DNA of 64,000 bases, taken from Fimbriosthenelais zetlandica. Its lineage: Eukaryota. Below are positions 53,701 to 64,000 of the stretch, one piece after another; position 1 is the first letter of the stretch; every line of letters begins with the position of its first letter. The notes below the pieces were generated by a model. It searched no databases. It was not told the DNA's origin and worked only from the letters and a program-made list of their open reading frames with translations. Made by a program: the position numbers and the translations under genes. Where the stretch lies: NCBI GenBank assembly GCA_977030845.1, contig OZ365110.1, positions 17,236,001 to 17,300,000 on the forward strand. The letters run 5' to 3'.

Positions 53701-56693
53701 TTTTGATCATGTTTGCCTCTGGGATGTAGTGGCGAGATGGTATGAGTATTCTTTTTTCCTCCCCCACCCCCACCCCCATCCCCTTCCTCCATTCTCTTGT
53801 GATTCAGGAGTATTTGGATGGACAATAATGACATGATATTTTATCTCCAGTAAACGGTGTGGGTGATAATGGCTTGTGTATAGGCAGGAATCTAGTGTTA
53901 TGAAAGCTAATGGGAGATGTGGGGGATTCTCATTGAGAGGGGTAGTTCATGTGGCGGGAGCGGGAAAGGGGATGGGTGAGAGAGAGAGGGAGAGAGAGGG
54001 GGGGGGGAGGGGAGAGAGGGATCGATACTGGGAACACATGATTAGAATTGCACAGCACAAGGGGCCTCCGGTACCACCACCACTACCCACACCCACCACC
54101 CTCTACCACCACCCAGCACCACCAGCACCAGCACCACTTCTCTACCACCAACAGCAACACCAGCCTCTCGTTGGAAGCAAAGAGCCCTGGCCAGCCTGGC
54201 AAGCCATAGTGGGAAGCCACATACGGCACATGGCTTCAGCCCATCCCACCTATGAAGTCATTCACTAACTTTTATACACCAATGCCTATTACTACACGGA
54301 CCGAACATTATAATATACTTAAGCCTACTATTTTCCTTTTCCTCTCTAGTTTTAAATCCCTCCTCACACAGCTCGAACATTGGCAAGAGGTGTAGGTTAA
54401 TTTTGATTCAAGTTTAAGATTAAATCGGTATAATCTTAAATTTCACGATTATATAAAGTGGAGTCACAGTCCCACCCTCTTGATATATAAACATACCAAA
54501 AATGCATATATGTAGGGTATTGTTATATGATATATTATTGAACATAATTGAAAATATTGAAAATAATATATAAACACTTCTGGCCTTGACAATGCAGTGG
54601 AAGCTTGATTCTGGCTGTGGGATATGGGGGATGATTCTGACATGCCTGATGCTGTCCTGGCACCTATGGGGTACTGATAGTGGTGCTGGTGATGGTGCTT
54701 GGTGGGGTGGTGGTGGTGGTGGTGGTGTAAAGCTGGGAGGGTCCCCATCCCTTCAAGCACAGCCTGCATGTGTGACCGCTATTCGGTGCCATGCCAGAGC
54801 TGAACAGACAAGCGCTCCAAGTCACACCGCCACCCCCCTCTTTCCCCACTTTTCCCCACCCCCTGTATCCCCCATCCCACCCCATCCAGAGTCCCATTCT
54901 TCACACACCCGCTCCTTGAGGTCGATAAAATTGATTTCTTCCAAAGATCCAGGAAACCCAGGGAAAGGATAGCAGGGATGGAATAATAAGGAGAATGGTG
55001 TGGTAAGCAAGCGAGATATAGAGAGGAGGAGAGGACAGGCGAGAGGGTCTTGTGATACTGCATTTTATAAATAATACAAAAATCCATCCCCCGGCAATAC
55101 TTCATTCACAATCCCCAAAAGAAAAGACGCACAGTATGTTGCATGGCAAACGGTCTTGAGACGATTGCCTTGAAATGCCTATACAATATAGCCCGTCGCG
55201 GCCTTGTATGACTCTTTTTTCGGAGGCCAGAATTACACATGACCCTGGAGAGGGTGTGATTGGTTAGGCAGGGGCTGGTGGTGGGGAAGGGTTGAGCGAT
55301 GATCTATCAACTGATTTATAAGGAATGACAGCTTATCTGCCTCCTGTTCCTTATATTCAATTGATGGCCTTCATTTGATGCTATTAGTGCTCCGGGTGGT
55401 GAGCCGGATCACAGGGCTGGTGGAAAAGTCAGGGGACATTATTGGAAAATGGATATGACAAGGTATAAGTAAGCCCAGAGAGAGACAGGCACATTCTGTC
55501 TAGATATCATCATTGATGAACACTCAACTGCCTTTTGCTGATTTTCGGCGTAGTTTTTAATGTAAATTTCTGCATTCACTCTTTTTGTCATCATATTGCA
55601 GACTTGCTTTATTTTTTTAAAAAGTGTATAATTTATGTTAATACGATAATTATAAAAGCCCAGGGTGGACTGAGGTCAAAGGGGCAGATGAAACGATGTA
55701 CAAGGGTACACAGGTTATTATATTTGATTGTTTTGAACCCCTTAAAAGGCACCAGTTTGATAGGAACTAGGGTGCGCATGTAGCCAGACTTGCTCGCCAA
55801 GACCTTATCTCTCGCTCCATATGTCTTATCGATTGTCAAGTCGAATGCTCACAGGTCCGAACCCTTAATCGGAAAATAAGGAGAACAAAGATAGAAGTCC
55901 CACCGGCCACTCTGGGTCAGCGATCCATACATGACCGCTGAACCTATTTATATTAGCATTTCTCTATACTGGAACTCATAAAAAATACTCACCAAATGTA
56001 CATGGGCATGGAAGATTAACAAATGGATATTACATAATTCAAAATATTTTATTGGGAAATATAAGGAATATATTTCTATTGTTCATTTGATTATAATCCA
56101 GAAGAAGTTATTAATTTAGAATTGCGATATCTCAGGATACTGGGGAACAAATAATGCATTGATATAATACTGCCCATAATATATAGTATGCCTATAACTT
56201 ATACCATGCAGATGTACCATGTGTATTGGCATGGCATTTAAGACATAAGTATGGTCACAAAGCTTTGGGGTCCTAACCCTTCGGACTTTTAAGACCAAGA
56301 TGAGAAGGGCATAGGGTGAAGGTGAACCCCATAGGTCCTCTCCCCACTGTGTGGTATCAATCCAAGGACCTGCTTACATGTGCTGAACATAGTTAGTCGA
56401 GCTTTAATTAGATATATCACCCTAGCTTGGATGGAGTATAACATATTGGTCTATTCTGTTCAAATTGTAAATGTTGAATTTGTAACCGAATCTGTACATG
56501 TATAGTATAGTATAGAAATTGGCTCAAATCGTTTGATATTACCGAAGAATAAAAATACCTCCAGTGAAAAAACACAGGGACGTTGATGTTGCTGCCGGGG
56601 AAAACCTCGTGCTCAGGTGCTTCATGACACAAATATCTTAGAATTATTACTCAGATGTGGAAAGAGCTAGCTGAAGGGTCATTAGCGTTCATT

Positions 56694-56790
56694 CGTCATG
56701 CGAACATGACATCATATGACGCCCAATGAGGGCCACGTCACGTTAAGGAGGGGCTTACGTCATAAACTGGCGAGGTTGTGGTGTGTGACG
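56694..56790. promoter_or_regulatory. Cluster of CRE/ATF-like motifs
   Basis: CGTCA at 56694, TGACATCA at 56707, TGACG at 56717, CCAAT at 56723, CACGTCACGT at 56734, TACGTCA at 56756 and TGACG at 56786. Confidence 0.35.
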
Positions 56791-58930
56791 GTGGTATTGA
56801 TTGGTGGAGGGAGAGGCTGGGGCTGGCTTATCAGTTCCGCTAGGTGTACGGGCCCCCACACCAGCTGGATCCTGCTGCTTCTATAGCCTCTTCCTACCCT
56901 TCTCCTCTATACCTTTCAGCTCTTCCTGCCCTCTTATTCATTCACAAGATTTCACCCCGATTCTCCTATACATGTGCCTCATCACCCTCTATTCTCTATT
57001 CTCTTCTTTAAGTATTTAGTTTATCATCCATAATTATATGCTGGTCTTCCTTCTCTTCTGTTGCCTTTCTCTTGTCTTTTCTTCAAGAATTTCTGTCATT
57101 TTTATTCCTACTCTTCATCTTTCTGTTCTTTCTTCCTTATCTCCTGTTATCTTTATGACCCACTGCCCCTCTTCTTGATTCCACTGTCCATTTCTTCCTT
57201 GTAAGCATCGACTTCATAGTCTTCAAATGATTTCGATGACCCTTTCTTCCTTCCCTTCTATAGATTCCTCTTGCCCTTCAGTTGCTTCCCCTTGTTTCTT
57301 TTCTGTTTTCCTGTGGTCTGTGCTACCACCATATCCCTCAGGCGGTTAACCCTCCAAATTCAGACCTATGTTAAAATGAATGTTTCTTTTATACTCTCAG
57401 GTAGACATTAGCATATCATTTGTGGACAGGGAGTTTTTCCAGCATAAGCGTTAGTAAAGCTGGCACAAGAGATAGAGGTGCTTCTGTCTGAGTGAGCACA
57501 GGACAGATCACCAAAGCATTGCAAACATTCATCACTGATTATATACTGGCCAGTTGACCTGTAGAATCAAGGGCAAGGCAAAGGCCTACTGCCAAGCCAC
57601 TCTGGTCCACCCCTTCACTAACGAAAATCGAAAGTAAAATAATCAAAGATATGGACTACAATATTTATATAAGTCATATTTTAATTCCTCTCCTCAGAAT
57701 TAATCATAAACTGTTAACATAACAAGCCAACTGTTGCCAGATTTACCAAGATTCTGGACTATTCTGAAGGACAAAGATTGTCGATGACTAAATTGGCAAA
57801 AATCCCTCCAGTGGTCATCTCAGTGTATCATGTTACACTGAGATTATTGAATTTCCCGCAGTTTGACCTTTAACAAAACTCCAAATTTTCAACTCCCACT
57901 TTAAAGCTTGTATGTCCAATGAGTTTTTTACGCAAGCGCGGATGGTGGCAATAATTGGATAAATTGGGGGTTATACATTGTGACCTCTCAGGGTAGGGTT
58001 AACAGGAGATAAAAAGGATGCACGGCCTCATGCGGCCTGAAGTGTCTGCTTAGAAAGTGATGGATTGACTGGAAGAGGAGACAAACTGCTCTCCTCACAC
58101 CCCACACTGGAGGAAAGCTGGAAGAGGGGGCTGAGTGGGTGAGAAAAATAGGCCCTGATATATTGACTGCCATGTGTATTGACTACAAGCTCTTTTCTGG
58201 CAATTTATATCAGTCTTTTTACATGGGCCGTAAATTTTAATTTATTAACCTGACAATTAGAGAAAAGATGTCTGATGGGTTTGAAGGAGGCTGGGGGTGG
58301 TGGGGTGTTGGGGTGGGGAGGTTGTAACAATAAAATGTGGGGGTGGATAGGTAATTCATCAAATCAACCCGGATGGAAAAGAACCGGGCATCTTTCTACT
58401 TTAATGGAAGAAAGGACTGGATGATCCGATGAAAGAGGAAGGAAGTCCTCAGGTTGAGGATACGGTATATGTGGGCCCATGTTACTGTTATGATTATGAT
58501 CATTTGGAAGCAATGATCATACATGTCGTCACATCATTATCATCACACGATTAGAAAATAATGATCAAAGTAGGAAATGAATAGAATATGGCACAACTGA
58601 GCTGTGTAAAAGGATCTGGCAAAAGAGGCTGAACAGGATGTAGGGCTGCTGCCGCACAGGTTGATTGTTCATTCATGTATTTCCGCCATATTTCGTTCAA
58701 GCTCATTTGCAGACGGATGTGGGGCATTTTGGGCACGTTAGATTTACTTTCCACGTTAAAAATGTCCTAGCCAGGATTGCAGTTGACTTGTGCAATTCAA
58801 ATGATCCTCTGCAATTCAGATCCTTTCTGTGAAACAGAAATGTGTTTTCCAAATATGGTCCAGATTTGAAATGATTTATTGCGCTGTGGAAAATACACAT
58901 CAGGTTAAAATGGGCTATATTTAGCTCAGC

Positions 58931-59244
58931 TGACTTCAGATGTAAATGCCCACTACGTCATATTTCCTGTGATGCTTGATTACGTCATCACATGGGACGT
59001 TAAATTACGACGTCGCGTGTAAGTGTAGATTGAATTCCATGTTAATCGGGGAATTTGCCTGGACTTTAGGGGCCGTTTCAAAACAAAATTACGCTGTATT
59101 ATAGTCAATAGTAAGTAATTAGCTAATGGTTGTCCTTCTTTTGAAATGGGTCCCTGAATGGCCCTGGCCGCGTAGCGCGTGGACCAAGGTCCTATATTTA
59201 GACACGTCATCAAGGCGATGATGTCATCGTTATCAATGACATCA
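58931..59244. promoter_or_regulatory. Cluster of CRE/ATF-like motifs with raised CpG
   Basis: TGACTTCA at 58931, ACGTCA at 58955, TACGTCAT at 58981, GACGTCGCG at about 59009, CACGTCAT at 59203, TGATGTCA at 59219 and TGACATCA at 59237. Confidence 0.35.
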
Positions 59245-59795
59245 CCATATAGGATATTCCTACCTGAATAGAAGTAATGCTGATTCGGGATTTCTGGGGG
59301 GTTTAGTTGGATTACGTACCCGTAATTTGGTATTGTGAAACGTAATGAATTCTTGCTCACTCTTGAAGTGTGTTGTATGCATGACTACCATTTGATTCTG
59401 TCATGTTTTCAAATGTACATACGCAGGGACAAACACTTTATATTTATCCTTTTCATGCTCCTGGTAGATGTCTACAATGAATTTATATCATAAAAATATC
59501 TCAAAAATATTTGAAAATGTAATGTATCAAGGCCATCTAGTTTTCCGGTAAGAAAGTTAAAATGTCATGTTCTGATATTCCATATAGAAGCTCACTAATC
59601 GACTGTGGATACTACTGGTTCCCCGCGATTTTTATGCATGTTTATGTCATACAGTTTATGCTGCACTAAAGCGCCCTGCTGGAATCAAGGCTTCTTCTAA
59701 TAAAGTATGGTCTGTAAAATATGACCCAGATGATTGGCCAGGCTCTGGCTGTCAATGGGATTGGTATTCATGCGGGAGAGAGAGTGAGGGGTGGA

Positions 59796-59812
59796 GGGGG
59801 GGGGGGGGGGGG
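59796..59812. repeat. G17 homopolymer
   Basis: Direct count. Confidence 0.95.
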
Positions 59813-62366
59813 TGAGGAGGGAGAGGGGATCGTAGGCCTTCCACAGTTCCCTGGATTTTGACTTGTTGACAAACAAAAAAACATTTTCAATTTTTTCTAT
59901 GTGTATGAAATCACATATGAGTGCTATGTATCAGAGTTAACAAGCCCCCATGTGCCTCTGCCCCCAAAACTATATTTATGCATGCATTCGCAAATTCATT
60001 TATACCATTAGATGGCCTATACATAGCTATGAGAGAGGTGTCTGCCTCTCTGTGCCTATATTTGTATGTATAAATGGTCTCTACTTGGTCTCACCACCGC
60101 CCATCAAACTCAGTCCCGATCCAACGCACCATTTGGCATCTCTTCCTCTCATACATTTAAACATGAAATAGTGAAGGATGGGGGTCGTTCTTATGACCTA
60201 TTACCAAGAAATACTCCTTAAGTATACATGATATATGACCAATGACTTGGGACAGACTCACATTATAAGACATCAGTAAAAGATTGGTAGCTGAATGTGT
60301 GGCGCATGCAGCGGCATTCAGCTGGATTTTACTTTCTTTTCACACCTCCGGGCCTTCTCTGACAAGTCTGTTAAGCATATATGACAGCTTGTCACTATGG
60401 GTTAAAATCCATTAATATATTTATACTTAAAGCTAAAGGGGGGCTGGGCCATCTTCCAAGTAAATCTCTCTCCCTATCTCTCCTTATGGGGGTATATCCG
60501 AGATCCTGCCAATAATTGCATTACCCTAATTCATGTCGCAGGTGTCTTTTTCTTTTTTGCTAGTCACGATTGTTGCTGACAAGTTTTTATGAAATTTTCC
60601 TCCCATCTCTGAGGGTATATATTTGCACTCAATGTGGATAATGACAGTTATGAAATGAGTCAACTGTGCATGTATTAGAGGGTGAAGATTTGACAGATAT
60701 ATATAGTGGAGGGTGGGTGGGGTTTTTTCACATTTTGTCACGGGAGGCGGGAGCTAATGCTGCTCCTAAAAGCTGTTAATGATTTCCTTGGCTTCTGACT
60801 AGACCTGTTACTCTCTAACTCCTGGCTCAGAGTGGGATGACATGTCACGGCTACTTCAGGCTGCGACGTCCACATGGCCTCCCGCCAAGTGTTCTCCTTC
60901 CCTCCCAAACCCCCATTCCCCACCAACCCCCCTCCATCCTCCATCCTCCAGGGAATTCCCATCTCCACATCTCCACCCATCCAAGTCCATAACAATAATT
61001 GGTCCTGATCAGATGAGAATTTGAATTTGGATTTAAACCCTTATTCATAATGGAAATTGGACCCTAAGGGTCTTTACACAATAAATAATTTTGCATTCAA
61101 ATGAAAACCATGCCTGTTCTGTTGGCGAATAAGAAAATACCGATTCTTGGATTCATTCGAGATGGGATTGTATGGCAGTTCAAATCAATGGCAGACCTGC
61201 ATAGACTAGGATCTTTAGGAGATTCTTATTTTAAGAATAGATTAATCGATTTAGAATTGATCATATCACACTCGGTCCTGTATATCACTTAAATCAAATC
61301 AAACGTGTGCTTGTATTTATACGATACAGACCGATTATCACTGACCCTATCCCTTCTGTAGGTACACCTGTTGGGATCGGGAGATTTAGCCCAGACCTAT
61401 AAGCCGAGTGTTAAACCTTGCCTCCAGCAATAGATTTTATCCCATTGAACTCGGTGTGGGGTGAAAAGTGAGGTCCACTAGGGTTCTCGGGTTTAGGCCA
61501 ACTGTATGTAGGATCGCTACAACTTATATTAAAGCTACTCCACACGAAGGAGATTGTTGTAAAAGACAGAAGCATTTTACAGTTTTAATGATGCGCTTTA
61601 ACAAAATTTAAAATAAAATCGTTTTAAAAATAGGTTCACAGCCTAATCCGGTACAATGTTGCTGTGCATGATGTAATAACAATATAATTTGCATCGAGGG
61701 TTCTATCTATTTTCGTGAGGTTCTAGATTACTCGCTTCTGGTCAGGTCCCAGCATAAGAAGTCCCAAGAATAGAAGATCCCATATCTCGGAAGTGTATAT
61801 AGCATATTCAATGCTATAGAAATGGCTTATTGACTTACTTTCACTTGAGGAAATGGGGTTAGTCTCCCCTGTCTACCTCCTTGAAATTCACACTTGGGAG
61901 GAAATTGTGTTCATATATAAATGCATTAGGGATGGTAGGTTGATGGACAAGTGGGGTAATATGTGTGGCATTCTGCTGGCCTAATGGCATGCCTTGATTT
62001 TGTAACAACACTTGATACGCACCATCAATCAATGATGATTTTTATGCATAACTCTGATATACTTGTCCGGGAATCTTTGGTCAGCTCTGATGTGCTCGGA
62101 CAGAATGAGGACATTCCATCCAGCAGCTCATGGATATAGCATCACTCAATCGCCCTTCTTTACCCCGCCTCTATATCTGTTGGTATGTGATGGGTAGGGT
62201 AAACCTATTTACCAAGAGACCGGTGGAATCTGTCGGCCATAAATTTGAGAGCATTTTTTTTTTTATATATTTAATACCGGGTAATGAGGTGGTCTGGAGA
62301 GTGTTCCTCCTATAAGGGTATCCTGGTTGGTGTGTGAGGGTGGGGGTAGTGGGAGGTGAGGATGGT

Positions 62367-62386
62367 GGGGGGGGGGGGGGGGGGGG
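62367..62386. repeat. G20 homopolymer in a G-rich patch
   Basis: Direct count; flanked by GGGGGTAGTGGGAGG. Confidence 0.95.
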
Positions 62387-64000
62387 TAAGGGAGAGTGGT
62401 GGGCTAATCTGGTAGAGATTATCCTTCTGGAGATAAACCCTGCGAGGCTGGACCCCTGGGATGTGTCCACACCCATCTGAGTCGAGGCCGAGTACATAGA
62501 ACACCTGGGGGATCAAGGTTCCATGCTTCCAGAAATGATTCTTAAAAGACATGGGAGGTATGAGCTACACTTGAGCTTCGGGTACTCTTAAGTTACTCTC
62601 AGTAATAGAATATGAATAAATTCTTAGAGTACAAACCATTGTGTCATTTTAATCGCAAAATCGGGACATTTACCGTTAGGAATTGGCATAAACATAGGAA
62701 ATGCTTCAGAGTTGCAATAGACATTCCATTGATATCATATTTACAATGATCCTATAATTGTTTGCACTGATAATTAAAGTCATAACTGACAACCCACTTC
62801 ACACTTATCCCACTCCACATCCCCTCTTAGTATGGAGAGAGTGGAATAAATTCCAGGATGATCAAACACTAACAGGCCTGTGGGATCCAAACCATACCTC
62901 CACCTGACACATAATTCCCCTACTGATAACCCCCTGATATCCCTGCCCTGATAAGACGTGATGTATCCACACACCAGCCTATAGTTCCTGGCCATTCTGT
63001 GGACGACTACTTTCACCATGTAGGCTTACATAGCATGTCAATGGTTTCTTGCAAACTGCATTCAGTGACTAGCATATTTTTGACAATATCTTATATTATA
63101 ATATGTCTCTCCATGAATGAAATATTATTATGATTTTGGGGTAAATTTTCGATAGTTATCCCTCGATTTCAACTGATTATATTTTCCCAATGGGCGAATG
63201 TTTCTAGGCAGTGAATCATGCCTATAGAGGGGAGTATAGCATGTACATGCATACTTTACAGTCAGTGAAACATACGTACACATATACATCATGGAATGTT
63301 CTGCATGTATCTCGGAGGTACATTAAGCCGTAGGGTTAAAGCATGGAACTTATCAATATTATAAGCTATTATGGATGAAATATTCAGCGGTTGAGGGAAG
63401 CGGAGTAACGGATAAACAGTGGGAGAGTTTGTTGTCACTACAGGCAGTGGTGGTCTTGTAAATTTTATGTTCCATACTCTCTCATCCTCGTCCTCTCAGC
63501 CTGATGGAGTATGCCGGGGCACGCTCAGGCCCGCTGTCACCTGTCAACCATTACAGGCATTTGGAAGCAATTAGTGCCTATTGGAATCGATGGCTACAAG
63601 AGGAAACTGATAGTGTTGGGATATTTTTTTTTGTCCATCTCGCACTATAGATTATAAAAAAGATGTTACCTCTATTCTGCCAGCTAATATACAGTGCGTC
63701 CATTCAGGGGATTGTTTCATGTAAATGCCGAATGATGTAGTCTCTTGGTCATTGAACGGGTTCACTCGCCATAGACGAGAGATACTCTCGTAGCACTCTC
63801 GCCATATTCGAGACTCCCGTGGTACTCTACGAGTGTCAAACTTTGGTGAAAGAAAAACTTTTGCTCAAGAGCCAAGAATATAGCCACCCCTATCCCGATT
63901 CTGGTTCAAACTGATTTTGAAGTTCCACGTATGTTTCCACGATCGAGAGTGCGATGCTCGTAAAAAAAAAAACGTGTGCAGTTGGGGCATAGGCTGTAGC

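Noticed and set aside
56558-56641. PPVKKHRDVDVAAGENLVLRC, resembling an Ig-domain start
   Set aside because: Bounded by in-frame stops, with no good acceptor and no downstream Trp/Cys of an Ig fold.
58980-59360. 126-aa minus-strand ORF
   Set aside because: It overlaps the CRE-motif cluster and shows no protein-family features.
61362-61432. VHLLGSGDLA after a TTCTGTAG acceptor, resembling a kinase Gly loop
   Set aside because: It lies downstream of the subdomain II exon, lacks the GxGxF/Y pattern and hits a stop.

Overview
Eukaryotic genomic DNA, AT-rich and mostly non-coding; the style suggests an invertebrate animal, but the taxon cannot be determined. No operons, CRISPR arrays, rRNA or intact tRNA genes were seen. 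The one well-supported coding feature is a 129-nt, phase 0/0 internal exon (28551-28679, +) encoding subdomains II-IV of a CAMK-group, AMPK-related Ser/Thr kinase (HUNK/MARK-like). I could not find its flanking kinase exons by eye, so most of the window is probably intron. The rest holds heavily decayed retroelement relics (Ngaro/DIRS-like RT, RNase H, tyrosine recombinase, a possible SGNH hydrolase, LINE RT), a tRNA-derived SINE head, microsatellites, many long G/C homopolymers and a hierarchical 46/48-bp minisatellite. Almost all ORFs in the supplied track look spurious. The best leads are (i) a CpG/CRE-rich island at 41.1 kb followed by a tiny ATG exon with a phase-0 donor, possibly an internal promoter for a truncated kinase isoform, (ii) a promoter-like ETS/CRE site plus Kozak ATG and GTAAGT donor on the minus strand at 26.0-26.2 kb, and (iii) recurrent CRE-motif clusters. 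These are hypotheses. I found no firm evidence of a new biological system. All protein-motif matches were made by eye, without database searches.
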